Made by a program: the position numbers and the translations under genes | Notes under the pieces: generated by a model | The model's input: only the letters and a program-made list of their open reading frames with translations | Databases searched by the model: none | Told to the model about the DNA's origin: nothing | Virus record (IMG/VR): IMGVR_UViG_3300021092_000028 | Length of the DNA stretch: 64,000 nucleotides | Strand: one strand, 5' to 3' | Origin: an uncultured virus (IMG/VR IMGVR_UViG_3300021092_000028) | Taxonomy: Duplodnaviria; Heunggongvirae; Uroviricota; Caudoviricetes | Shown here: positions 9,234 to 18,315 of the stretch, one piece after another | Layout of the letters: every line of letters begins with the position of its first letter | How positions within the stretch are numbered: position 1 is the first letter of the stretch

Positions 9234-9400
9234 TTCTTTTTCTCCTGAACAACAATTACTGGACATCTAGGGATAACATTGCGAATTTCTTGTACGATTT
9301 CGGTTTTTTGAACCTCAGTCAGTCCAATAACCCTATGTATTTTGTTTATTATCGCAAAGGCTTGCGAACAAGAAATCACGGTTGAAAGTAAAACAACCAT
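9230..9400 (-). CDS. hypothetical protein (56 aa)
   Basis: Manual translation MVVLLSTVISCSQAFAII...RCPVIV; TAAATA late-type motif and AAGGA upstream. Confidence 0.55.
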   Translation of the reverse strand: MVVLLSTVISCSQAFAIINKIHRVIGLTEVQKTEIVQEIRNVIPRCPVIVVQEKKK

Positions 9401-9451
9401 AACTTTCCTTTATTCTATTACTATTTAATACAGTTTATAAAATTTTAATAA

Positions 9452-9823
9452 TTAGTCCCAACTTACATTTTGTACTAGGAATCCAGGCATTACATATGTC
9501 CAGACACCAAGTTCCTGAACACCACCAACTTTATAATCCCACTTATATTCAAATTGATTATGACTATCCCAAGTCATATAACCTTTCTCTTTATCAAATC
9601 GTCCTTTGATTGTTAGTCGATGTTTATTGGAATAAATGTTACGAGTTCGAAGTGCTCCACCTTTTTCACGGGTTTCAACTACTACACAAGTATCAGGATA
9701 AGTTTGAATACCTTGCTCTAGAATACAAGGAGTTTCATAACGAAATGGACGATATGTTTTAACTTCCTGTGCAAATACAGGAGAAGAGAACAAAAGTGCA
9801 GTAAGAAGAATCAGTTTTTTCAT
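9452..9823 (-). CDS. exported protein
   Basis: MKKLILLTALLFSSPVFAQ signal peptide. Confidence 0.75.
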   Translation of the reverse strand: MKKLILLTALLFSSPVFAQEVKTYRPFRYETPCILEQGIQTYPDTCVVVETREKGGALRTRNIYSNKHRLTIKGRFDKEKGYMTWDSHNQFEYKWDYKVGGVQELGVWTYVMPGFLVQNVSWD

Positions 9824-10023
9824 TTTACAATACTCCAATGTTCGTTACCAGTTTTTTGAACCCAAAAGCAATACTGCCTATTCAGAGAAACAAGAAACAT
9901 CATATCGTCAATTTCTTGCTCTACAAGGCAAGCGTGAAATGAATTCATAATGTTCACAAAGCGATTCTTTGCCTTAGAACTCTTAGGAATTACATTTACA
10001 AATTTTTGTTTGGTTTTAATCAT
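9820..10023 (-). CDS. conserved hypothetical phage protein
   Basis: PKSSKAKNRFVNIM...SLNRQYCFWV. Confidence 0.75.
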   Translation of the reverse strand: MIKTKQKFVNVIPKSSKAKNRFVNIMNSFHACLVEQEIDDMMFLVSLNRQYCFWVQKTGNEHWSIVK

Positions 10024-10043
10024 TGTGATTTGATTGAAACTGT

Positions 10044-10100
10044 ATTATAAGTGATAAAGGGGTCAATTGACAAACACTGTACCAGTTTGAGGACTGGATC
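10044..10100 (-). promoter_or_regulatory. early-type promoter element, copy 6
   Basis: GTACCAGTT-tgag-GACTGG at 10079-10097, 29 nt from attata (10044-10049). Confidence 0.7.
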
Positions 10101-10232
10101 TATGTATTTTAATAAACTTCTGTGCTTGATTTACGGTGCTCACATCAGTCAATTGTTCTCCGTTGTAGATAATAACCAACCGTTTCCCCCAGGGTACAGC
10201 AGCGTATCCATCTTTGGTTTCAAATCCTTCTT

Positions 10233-10772
10233 TCATACTAGGAATTTCTCCTCATAATTCAATAGTTCTTGTGGTACGTCCAGTATATTAGACTGGACTT
10301 CTTCTGCAAGGTTCCAACGTGTTTTACCTTCAGGTCTCTGATACAATTTGATTCCCAAATAATTGTACTTCAAATTAGTGGGAACTTTGACCTGATAAGT
10401 GTTACCATCATTGGAAGTTAGTGCCGAAAGAGCTTCATTTTCCTCCTGAGTGACCACGATGGTGCGGGTGGAGTACCAGTAGACCCTCTGGAATGCCTCA
10501 AGCGAAGAAAGATGGGTTTCTGGGTTGTCCAGTATCATTCTGCAGATAAATTGGGGTGATAAGCAGTGATCTAAGACCGTTTTCCCCCTTTTTTCTTTGT
10601 TTTTAAGTGCATTCTCCGTGATAAACCCCGTTGGATTCGGGTTCCCCGCGTCAAAAACGCCAAAATAGTAGATGCGGGTGATGGGTCGGGCGAACTCGGG
10701 TTTCCCCCAGTTCCCCAGGTTGCAGCGGAGACCGTGATAGGCAGTCTCACAGTAGGGTTTCCAATCTTTCAT
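10233..10772 (-). CDS. hypothetical protein, possible His-Me-finger (HNH-like) nuclease fold
   Basis: TVLDHCLSPQ ... IVVTQEENEAL pattern; function weakly supported. Confidence 0.5.
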   Translation of the reverse strand: MKDWKPYCETAYHGLRCNLGNWGKPEFARPITRIYYFGVFDAGNPNPTGFITENALKNKEKRGKTVLDHCLSPQFICRMILDNPETHLSSLEAFQRVYWYSTRTIVVTQEENEALSALTSNDGNTYQVKVPTNLKYNYLGIKLYQRPEGKTRWNLAEEVQSNILDVPQELLNYEEKFLV

Positions 10773-11338
10773 TGCCACTTAGGTCCCTCAAACCAGCAGG
10801 TTAGACTATGGCGAACACCAGAGGTAACTGGATTCACCTGATGATACTTGAACGACGGAAAGCAGATAACAGTTCCCTGAGAACGTAGAGCGTTCTGATC
10901 AGGAATCACATCACAGTCAAAGAGTTCCAACTCTCCTCCAGTGTATTGGGTGGGATCTGTCAATTGTAGCACACACGTCAGTTTACGATGGTAGGGCGTT
11001 GGATTGACCCAGAATACATCTTGATGCTTACTGTACTTACCTTTATATTCGGAGTTGTACTCTGCAAGTTGCATCAGTTTGAGAACCTTAAGGTCAAATC
11101 CAAACCAGTAATCATTGGCCTTCTTCGCAATTTTCCACATTTCAGCGAATACATCTTGAAATTGTTCGACCTCCAACCATTTAACTTTGCTTTTTCTGAT
11201 CTTTTCGTTTGCAGGAATGCCATCTACTCCCAGAGCACCGTCACTCAGGGGTAGATTTTTAGACCTTTCTAGAATAATCTGACAATCAGATGCACTGAAG
11301 TGATTCTCAAAGCAACACCATTCACCCCTCATAATCAC
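10769..11338 (-). CDS. 2OG-Fe(II) oxygenase (prolyl-4-hydroxylase-like)
   Basis: HQD, RKLTCVLQL, YTGGEL, FPSFKYHQVNPVTSGVRHSL (HxD...H...R). Confidence 0.92.
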   Translation of the reverse strand: MIMRGEWCCFENHFSASDCQIILERSKNLPLSDGALGVDGIPANEKIRKSKVKWLEVEQFQDVFAEMWKIAKKANDYWFGFDLKVLKLMQLAEYNSEYKGKYSKHQDVFWVNPTPYHRKLTCVLQLTDPTQYTGGELELFDCDVIPDQNALRSQGTVICFPSFKYHQVNPVTSGVRHSLTCWFEGPKWQ

Positions 11339-12594
11339 CTCCGAATGGTAGAAACAGCAACATCGCCCTGCTCAAAGATAATGTCCACAACATTCTGGAT
11401 CTTCTTTGCAGCGTTGGCAGTAGACTTGGAGAACACAGGGCAGATCACCAGACCATAAGATTTGGTGTATTCCTGCAGGTTACCAGCAGCAATCTGACCG
11501 TTACTAATACCAGCAGCATCATCAGGATGCAGACGAAGAGTACGGCCAACAGTCTGACCGATACCAACAATGTCCATATCGCGCATAAAGACCACTGCCT
11601 CCAGTGCAGCGATGTTGATACCCTCAGCAAGAATGCTGTGATGAAGAACCACAAACTTCTTGTCAGGATTGCGACCCCAGGCATTCAGAGTGTCAAAGAA
11701 CACCTCACGGTTCACTTTGTTACCGTCGATGAATGCACCGTGCTTAGAAGTAATGTGCATCACAGAATAACCTTGCAGAGCAAGAACGTGAGCAAAGTCA
11801 GTCTCAGACAGCAGATTGATGATGTGCTTGGTTGCCTTGGCACAAATCAGAATCTTGTTGACAGGATTCTCCTCCAGAACTTCCAGAAGATTGTCACGGT
11901 CACGCTGAGCGATGTTGTCACCTTTCTGAACCATCTGCAGTTGCTTAGCAACAACCTTAGGAGGAATGATGTAACCACCATTCACAAGTTCAGGAGCAGG
12001 AACTTTGGCAATGATCTGACCATAGACTTCGGTCAGATTCATACCAGGCTTGGAGATGGTGGCAGAATACTTAGGAGTTGCAGTGAAGAAGTAGCAACGC
12101 TTTGCTTCCTGACTGAAATACTCAACAGCAGGAAAGAAGTGGCGTTGAACGCTGTTGTGTGCCTCATCGAAGTAAATCGTATCTACATCAATTCCTGCCT
12201 TGGCAAGTTGACCAAGAGAGTTGTAAGTGGTGAAGATCAGTTTGTGTTTGGGAGCATCAGGATTGAATGCACAAGTCACAATTTGATTCCAGTGCTGAAT
12301 CTCAGAGGGTTTCGTGGTGCTGAAGTGATGAGTCTCACCACTGTGAACGTGCAGAACAGCAACGTTAGTGATAAACTCAAGGTACTCAGAAGACAGCTGC
12401 TCAGCAAGCAGAATGCGAGGAGCAACAACTACAACAGTCTTAGGAGTTTCAGATTGAAACACACGCATTGCATCAAAGATACCCACATTGGTCTTACCAC
12501 CACCAGTGGGAAACACACAGATACCTTTCAGATACTTAGCAAGAGCGTCAAGTGCTTTTTGTTGGTGAGGACGCAGTTGGAACACAGGTCTCAT
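11335..12594 (-). CDS. superfamily 2 DExH helicase (ResIII-like)
   Basis: LRPHQ, PTGGGKT, DEAH, TATP, LAEGIN, QTVGRTLR. Confidence 0.93.
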   Translation of the reverse strand: MRPVFQLRPHQQKALDALAKYLKGICVFPTGGGKTNVGIFDAMRVFQSETPKTVVVVAPRILLAEQLSSEYLEFITNVAVLHVHSGETHHFSTTKPSEIQHWNQIVTCAFNPDAPKHKLIFTTYNSLGQLAKAGIDVDTIYFDEAHNSVQRHFFPAVEYFSQEAKRCYFFTATPKYSATISKPGMNLTEVYGQIIAKVPAPELVNGGYIIPPKVVAKQLQMVQKGDNIAQRDRDNLLEVLEENPVNKILICAKATKHIINLLSETDFAHVLALQGYSVMHITSKHGAFIDGNKVNREVFFDTLNAWGRNPDKKFVVLHHSILAEGINIAALEAVVFMRDMDIVGIGQTVGRTLRLHPDDAAGISNGQIAAGNLQEYTKSYGLVICPVFSKSTANAAKKIQNVVDIIFEQGDVAVSTIRR

Positions 12595-12611
12595 CAGTTG
12601 AATATGGGAAT

Positions 12612-12669
12612 ATTATAACGGAAAAAGGACCCCCGCAGGAGTCCAGTGTGACAGTTTAGAAACTGGTTC
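12612..12669 (-). promoter_or_regulatory. early-type promoter element, copy 7, containing a terminator-like hairpin
   Basis: GTGACAGTT-taga-AACTGG at 12648-12666, 30 nt from attata; GGAC/GTCC stem with a U-run on the minus strand. Confidence 0.8.
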
Positions 12670-13879
12670 AGAAAGAATCGCAGCGAGCGACAATTTGACC
12701 TTTGATTTCCTTTTCAGGAGTCAGATTACCTTTTTTACGATTAGAATTGCAAAGATTAGTGATTGCATTCACAAAGTCCTTGTTTTTGGAAGTAAAGAAA
12801 GCTTCCTCAACAATTCCTTCACAAGTCATATAATTGTTGACACGATTGCATACTTGAAGAACTTGAAGCCAAGCACCCTTAGTATCTTTAGTGCTGCCAA
12901 TCACCATAGACTGTTTACGAACCTTGTTCTTGAAGTAACCTACGATAAAGTCACAAGTATCAAAGGTTTTACCAGTCTTTTCCTCATAGATAGGTACAAC
13001 GACCTTATCAAAGTTGTAAAGTGCCTTGATCAGGTATGCAGAGATTTCTTTAGAATCAGACTCTTTATCCCAATTGATTTCTTCGGAAAGAGTTTTTACA
13101 ATCTTCGTAAGAACATTCGGACGATCGTCGTTGTTTGCCCATCCTACAAGGCGTTCGATCTCACGAACCTTCGTGATGCAGCATTTTGCACCAGAAACAA
13201 GAGGAAATTCGTGCGAAACGGGTTGCCAAGTAAGATAAGGAATACTCAGATAGAAAGCACGAGTATTCAGAGCACTTTGCTCACCAAGTTGACAACGGTG
13301 CTCCAACTTTTCCCAATCTTTGGTAGTGTTAATCGACTTAACTTCCCGATAGAAAATATTAGAAGCTTCCAGTTCACGAGTTTTTTTAGGAACGTTCGAG
13401 TTAAAAGCAACCACACGACCTCTAATAGTCATAGTAAGGTCAGTTGAAGCGGCAATAGCCAATGCCTGCATCGTAGTGTGCTGCTTTTTGGTTACTTGAA
13501 ACTTACCAGTTCTTTCGTCAAAGATAAAAACAGGAGTTTCGGATTCTTGAAAATTAACTTTAAACTTATAGTTTTTGAAGTTTTCTTCACAAAAATCAGG
13601 TTGAATCAAACGAATCTGTCCCTGTGCATACTCAATAAGGTTGGCAGGAACTGCAACAGAGAAAGTTTTCTTTTCTTCAGTCTGTTCTTTTTGTTTCTGA
13701 ACAAAATCTTCTACAGAAAGAGCACATTCTCCTTCGGGATAGATTACTGCAACTTGGTCTTTATTATCTTCGACCATTTTAAAAAGTTTAGAAAATTTAG
13801 GATCTTCAAGAAGTTTGAGACCAGAAACTTTCTGAGAATAAGAACCGACTTGATTGTCGGCAAAAGAAACGGTAGTCAT
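12668..13879 (-). CDS. hypothetical protein, possible divergent ParB/Srx-like N-terminal domain
   Basis: 403-aa ORF with its own promoter; QIR...PVFIFD...FQVTKKQHT resembles the 'QR...P...DGQHT' pattern. Confidence 0.5.
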   Translation of the reverse strand: MTTVSFADNQVGSYSQKVSGLKLLEDPKFSKLFKMVEDNKDQVAVIYPEGECALSVEDFVQKQKEQTEEKKTFSVAVPANLIEYAQGQIRLIQPDFCEENFKNYKFKVNFQESETPVFIFDERTGKFQVTKKQHTTMQALAIAASTDLTMTIRGRVVAFNSNVPKKTRELEASNIFYREVKSINTTKDWEKLEHRCQLGEQSALNTRAFYLSIPYLTWQPVSHEFPLVSGAKCCITKVREIERLVGWANNDDRPNVLTKIVKTLSEEINWDKESDSKEISAYLIKALYNFDKVVVPIYEEKTGKTFDTCDFIVGYFKNKVRKQSMVIGSTKDTKGAWLQVLQVCNRVNNYMTCEGIVEEAFFTSKNKDFVNAITNLCNSNRKKGNLTPEKEIKGQIVARCDSF

Positions 13880-13964
13880 AATGACAAAATGAAAGTAAGG
13901 TAAACACGCTTTAAGGCAGCGGAACCGTCAGATTGGTTGGTTTCCCTCCCTCACCGACTCAAGT

Positions 13965-14022
13965 AATATAAGACATCTGAGTGGGAATGTCAACCTGTAT
14001 GTGCCACTTGTTCATCCGTCAC
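13965..14022 (-). promoter_or_regulatory. sigma70 promoter plus early element (copy 8)
   Basis: TTGACA-17-TATATT; GTGCCACTT-gttc-ATCCGTCAC at 14001-14022. Confidence 0.8.
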
Positions 14023-14472
14023 ATTACTTCCAAGAACTCGTACAATCAAATCCAATGATCTTTGTTGTGGTCTCTGTCCCCATCCATACCATTTACCTTT
14101 CTTTCCATTATGATAAGGTGGAATTTTACCGACTGAATAGTATTGTTCAGCAGTTAAATCATAAATTTTCTTACCATCTTGTAACCACCAATGATACTCA
14201 TTACGATAATCAGTTCCAACCATTGGAACTAATAAATCAGTATCCATCAAGTAGAACAATGCTTGTGTAGATGGATAGCAATATCCATACATTGGATTTG
14301 TTTTATTTTCTGGACGATACCTAGGTGTCAAAAGATCTGGTGTGAGATTGCGTTTAATCAACCCCATCACCAGACTTAGGTTGTTTTCAGAGTATCGATA
14401 AGGTTCAAAGGATAATCTACGAGTCTCTATAATATCCTTTCTATTGTATCGATGACGTTCAACAGTTTTCAT
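13990..14472 (-). CDS. putative papain/transglutaminase-fold protein (Cys-His-Asp)
   Basis: GYCY...YHWWL...IYDLTAEQY, resembling YunG-like proteins. Confidence 0.55.
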   Translation of the reverse strand: MKTVERHRYNRKDIIETRRLSFEPYRYSENNLSLVMGLIKRNLTPDLLTPRYRPENKTNPMYGYCYPSTQALFYLMDTDLLVPMVGTDYRNEYHWWLQDGKKIYDLTAEQYYSVGKIPPYHNGKKGKWYGWGQRPQQRSLDLIVRVLGSNVTDEQVAHTG

Positions 14473-14523
14473 AAGATTCTTAAAGAAATATTTAGCCAAC
14501 TTGTCTTCAAACCCAACAAAGGT

Positions 14524-14553
14524 ATTCTAGAGGGATTGTTGGGTATCTGTCAA
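14524..14553 (-). promoter_or_regulatory. sigma70-type promoter
   Basis: TTGACA-18-TAGAAT. Confidence 0.6.
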
Positions 14554-14964
14554 GTAGTTTAGATATTCCTCGTAGAGCACTTTTTCCATTATGAAAGATT
14601 GTTGTTCCCACGGTTGATCAGAATAGTCCAGATGAGAATGATCAATACCCCTCCAATGTCTCTTACCATACTTATCTCGAAGAGCACCCTTAACGTGCTG
14701 ATTAATGTGCCACAACTCGTGAAGTAATACAATTGTATAGTGTTCTAGTGACAATCGATTATGCATCTCGATCTCAAATGCCCGAGGTCTATGGTCACAA
14801 TCAGTCACACCAACCCATCCATAAACTCCATCACGCAACATTCCGCGATGATTGACAGAGACTTCCAATTTGTAACGCGGAAGTTCTTTTTGAATAAACC
14901 AATTTACAATTTTTTCACAGCGTTTCTTGCTGTAATTGTATCCACTAGTGTATAATGAAAGCAT
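14527..14964 (-). CDS. zincin-like metallopeptidase
   Basis: LLHELWHINQ (HExxH) and downstream PWEQQ; start refined to MLSLY. Confidence 0.75.
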   Translation of the reverse strand: MLSLYTSGYNYSKKRCEKIVNWFIQKELPRYKLEVSVNHRGMLRDGVYGWVGVTDCDHRPRAFEIEMHNRLSLEHYTIVLLHELWHINQHVKGALRDKYGKRHWRGIDHSHLDYSDQPWEQQSFIMEKVLYEEYLNYLTDTQQSL

Positions 14965-15090
14965 CAGAATACAAAGTTCAAAAGAGCTGCAGAAACTTTT
15001 GTTGTCCAGTGAATGAACCACACAAAGGAACCAACAAAAATCAGACGATCTAGACTTGAATACTTCATAGGTGTCTGTGGTTGCTCAGAC

Positions 15091-15149
15091 ACTATAAGAC
15101 CCCTCACAGGCGATTCTGGAGGGGTCTAGGACAGTTTTTAGACTGTCAT
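15091..15149 (-). promoter_or_regulatory. early-type promoter element, copy 9, with a perfect 9-bp stem; boundary between late and early regions
   Basis: GGACAGTT-ttta-GACTGTC; AGACCCCTC...GAGGGGTCT stem (15097-15127); -10 TATAGT (15091-15096). Confidence 0.8.
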
Positions 15150-15479
15150 ATCGATTTTGTTTTCGTCGTAAACAAAGATACCATCATGAGGTAAATCAAT
15201 ATACCTGCGGTCATTGAAGTAAATTCTTTTTCCGGCAAATTGAACTCTTGCTTTTCTTGGTCCAAGAATTGAAATCAAATCCTGAATAATTTCTTCGTTT
15301 GCCTTATGAGCAATTTGATGAACAATCATGAAATGATACTTGTCAAAAAATTCTACAGCTCCATCTTCTCCTGCTGGTGGGCATGGATGCTCCACAGAAC
15401 AATAGCATCCTAGTTCATTATGCATTTCTAGACAGCAAGTATATGGTTTTGAAAATAGTTTACGTAGTAGTTTCTTCAT
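15138..15479 (-). CDS. hypothetical Cys-containing protein
   Basis: ORF track; overlaps the upstream gene. Confidence 0.6.
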   Translation of the reverse strand: MKKLLRKLFSKPYTCCLEMHNELGCYCSVEHPCPPAGEDGAVEFFDKYHFMIVHQIAHKANEEIIQDLISILGPRKARVQFAGKRIYFNDRRYIDLPHDGIFVYDENKIDMTV

Positions 15480-15927
15480 CGATATCTCTCACAATTAATA
15501 CTTGATTTACTTCATCCCATTCAAAAGTTTGTGTTATTGGACCTGGTTCTGGAATTGAATATTTATTCCATGTTTGAGTTTCTTCATTCCATAAGAAATA
15601 GAATCCTTCTTCAACTGGAATAGGAATGGGTGGTTCCCATCTTAGGGATTGTTCATTTAACACCCATGAAGGATTAGTTTCTGGTTTTGGTGATATAAAT
15701 GCATCTCTAGTTCTATCATAAGTATCTCCAATACAAGCAAACTTGCTTCTAAAATTATTATTATAAGAAGTTTGAACCCATTCAGTATCATACCCAAAAA
15801 GTTCTTTCAAAAATGCAATACCAAGAACTTCATTCTCTTGTCCATTTTCATCAATTAGTTCGTCGTCAGATACTGCAACTAATCTTTCAACTATATTATT
15901 GTTGATTATCTTTGCGAAATTTGCCAT
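15460..15927 (-). CDS. partner/assembly protein of glycine-rich adhesin (MAxFA family, copy 1)
   Basis: MANFAKI...WVQTSYNNNFR..FA.IG..YD...F..P...W; paralogous to 32962 and 43572. Confidence 0.8.
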   Translation of the reverse strand: MANFAKIINNNIVERLVAVSDDELIDENGQENEVLGIAFLKELFGYDTEWVQTSYNNNFRSKFACIGDTYDRTRDAFISPKPETNPSWVLNEQSLRWEPPIPIPVEEGFYFLWNEETQTWNKYSIPEPGPITQTFEWDEVNQVLIVRDIDEETTT

Positions 15928-15932
15928 TGTTT

Positions 15933-16946
15933 TTATGGGTATAAGTAACGAATACCAACTCTTCCTCTACCACCAGAACCTCCATCCATAGTAGTAAATC
16001 CACCCTGTCCTGGGTTGTTTGCTCCACCACCACCAGCACCGCCAGTATTTATTGTACCATTACCGGCAAGAGTTCTTGTGACTGGAACGCCTGGAAATGC
16101 AAACGAATATCTTCCTCCAGGACCACCACCACCAGGACCACCACCACCAGGCCCATAAGTTCCCGGTGGGTATGGGAAGTACACCATTGAACCTCCACCA
16201 CCACCGCCAGAATAAGTTCCTCCACCGACAGTCCATCCTACTGGTGAGCCAGGTCCTCCATTACCAGCAGTAGTTCCTGCAGCACCTCCAGTAGATCCAG
16301 AACCTCCGCCACCTCCACCACTTCTTACATTTGGGTTTGGAACTGATTGAGCTCCACCAGCGTTTCCTTGTCCAGGAGTTCCGGAACCTACACTACCACC
16401 AGGGGAAAATCCACCACCACCAGAACCACCAGGAGAACCACCAGCACCCCCACCAGTTGATGTAATTGTAGAGAATATTGATGGACTTCCATTTCCACTA
16501 GAACCACCACCAGGTCCTACTGTAATTGGATAGTTTGTTGCTGTGATTGGGAATCCAGTTCCAGTTCTAAATCCACCAGCACCTCCACCACCACCTGCAG
16601 CAACACCAGGAGCAGCTGCTCCACCACCACCGCCTGCAACCACAAAATACTCAACTGTATTACGAGTTGGTGGTGCTGAACTAACACTGAAAGTATCTGT
16701 TGTATCAAAAATATGATATCTATAGCCATCACCAGGAGTAGATGTTGTACCTCCTGTTGCAGTTAATCCAGCACTTTTACCTCTCAAATCATTCATTGAG
16801 ATTGTCGTTGCTGGTGTTGAAAAAGGAGAACCTGCTAAGTTTCTTACTCCACTATCATTTAATGAAATAGTGGATGTTGAAGGATTACTAAGTTCAGTGT
16901 TTACCTGGCTCATTGAAATTGAAGCAGGTGCTGATGGTAAAACCAT
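15933..16946 (-). CDS. glycine-rich tail-fibre adhesin, gp38-like (copy 1)
   Basis: N-terminal ISMSQVNTEL...VRNLAG...ISMNDLRGKS domain, polyglycine body, C-terminal GGSGGRGRVGIRY. Confidence 0.75.
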   Translation of the reverse strand: MVLPSAPASISMSQVNTELSNPSTSTISLNDSGVRNLAGSPFSTPATTISMNDLRGKSAGLTATGGTTSTPGDGYRYHIFDTTDTFSVSSAPPTRNTVEYFVVAGGGGGAAAPGVAAGGGGGAGGFRTGTGFPITATNYPITVGPGGGSSGNGSPSIFSTITSTGGGAGGSPGGSGGGGFSPGGSVGSGTPGQGNAGGAQSVPNPNVRSGGGGGGSGSTGGAAGTTAGNGGPGSPVGWTVGGGTYSGGGGGGSMVYFPYPPGTYGPGGGGPGGGGPGGRYSFAFPGVPVTRTLAGNGTINTGGAGGGGANNPGQGGFTTMDGGSGGRGRVGIRYLYP

Positions 16947-16949
16947 ATG

Positions 16950-17288
16950 TTATTTCTCCTTCTTGTTCCAGGGAAAATCTTCTTCTTTGACCAACACTCG
17001 GTTCACTCTTGATTTATTAATTTCAATCTCGATTTGATTATTTATTTGCTCTTCATTTACTACAGATTTAATCCAATTAATTATGTCCTGCTTTTTTAGA
17101 TCAGAATATGGAATAAAAGAATTTGGTTTAAGTTGTTCTTCGGTAAATTCTGTTTTTCTTTTTACCGAGCCTTTATGATAGTCTATTGAATCAACACCAA
17201 TTTTTTCCCAGAGAACTTCAACAACTACGTCATCAATTGAATTTCTAGTTTCTTTTGTTAAAGAATGTATTCTCCAAGTATATTTCAT
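16950..17288 (-). CDS. tail-fibre-associated small protein (YTW family, copy 1)
   Basis: MKYTWRIHSL...FIPYSDL...IINWIK...FPW; paralogue of 18316. Confidence 0.75.
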   Translation of the reverse strand: MKYTWRIHSLTKETRNSIDDVVVEVLWEKIGVDSIDYHKGSVKRKTEFTEEQLKPNSFIPYSDLKKQDIINWIKSVVNEEQINNQIEIEINKSRVNRVLVKEEDFPWNKKEK

Positions 17289-17334
17289 AATGTTTTTAGG
17301 TATTTATGTTTTTTAATGAAATATATAATATTTT

Positions 17335-18312
17335 TTAAGAACCAATAAGAACAAATAGTCCCGAAGTACCGGGATTTCCAGAAGTTCCTCTGTATGGCGA
17401 TGTAGGATTTCCTGCAGTTGTTCCGGTTCCACCAGTTGTCGAGCCTCCAGTAACACTTGGATGAATATATCCAGAACCTCCACCGCCGGCACGTCCAGAT
17501 TGACCTGCAGTACCATTTCCCCCCTTGTTGCCGCCGCCACCACCATTAAATCCTCCTCCTCCGCCGCCTCCAGAACCTTGATTAATACCTCTAGTTACAC
17601 CAGTTCCTCCGGTAAACGAACCTGGTATTGATTGTCCACCCCCACCACCACCACTTCCAGGCGCAGATTGTCCCGAAGTTCCTCCTCCAGCACCGCCGAT
17701 ATGTGTTGGTGGTTGGTTACCGGCATCAGTTCCGTTTCCACCCCCACCACCACCTGCCATTATTCTTGCATTTGGTTGTGAAATTGAAGATACAAATAAT
17801 CCCGTATATCCACCACCAGCACCACCAAAGGCATCTGGACCTCCACCGGGACCACCAGAACCAAATGGTGATGCAAATTGAGTTTGTGCAGCACTTCCTC
17901 CAACAACAAATACATAATTTGTTCCTGGAGATAAAGTTAAAGTTCCTGAAGATGATCCTCCAGCTCCACCACCACCAGACACATTATCATTACCTCTAGA
18001 TCCACCAGCTCCCCACATAATAAATGGGGCACTAAATGGAGCATTAACTGTCATAACGTATTGCCCAGCAGTGCTGACACTAAATCCACTAGATTTAGGT
18101 ACAGTAGTTACATTTCCTTGGTTTGCTGTTGGATAGTACGATATTTGTACAGCACTCTTACCTCTCAAGTTATCCATTGAGATAGTACCACTAGGAACAC
18201 CCGCCAGTGCTCTTACGTTTGCTTGATTAAGCGAGATAGTAGTTGCTGATGGACTGATGCCAAGTTCTGTATTGACTTGGCTCATTGAAATAGTACCTGT
18301 TGGAAGTACCAT
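17335..18312 (-). CDS. glycine-rich tail-fibre adhesin, gp38-like (copy 2)
   Basis: Same N-terminal domain (ISMSQVNTEL...ISMDNLRGKS), different polyglycine body. Confidence 0.75.
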   Translation of the reverse strand: MVLPTGTISMSQVNTELGISPSATTISLNQANVRALAGVPSGTISMDNLRGKSAVQISYYPTANQGNVTTVPKSSGFSVSTAGQYVMTVNAPFSAPFIMWGAGGSRGNDNVSGGGGAGGSSSGTLTLSPGTNYVFVVGGSAAQTQFASPFGSGGPGGGPDAFGGAGGGYTGLFVSSISQPNARIMAGGGGGGNGTDAGNQPPTHIGGAGGGTSGQSAPGSGGGGGGQSIPGSFTGGTGVTRGINQGSGGGGGGGFNGGGGGNKGGNGTAGQSGRAGGGGSGYIHPSVTGGSTTGGTGTTAGNPTSPYRGTSGNPGTSGLFVLIGS

Positions 18313-18315
18313 CTA

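Noticed and set aside
2152..12594. Restriction-modification system formed by the methyltransferase and the ResIII-like helicase
   Set aside because: The genes are 9 kb apart, and the helicase shows no recognisable nuclease domain.
11527..13903. Long plus-strand ORFs (363, 250 and 141 aa) opposite the helicase and the 403-aa gene
   Set aside because: Antisense shadows of well-supported minus-strand genes, with no motifs. All regulatory signals point the other way.
822..15149. CRISPR-like array from the recurring palindromic element
   Set aside because: Copies are degenerate, irregularly spaced by whole genes and tied to -10 boxes. No cas genes are present.
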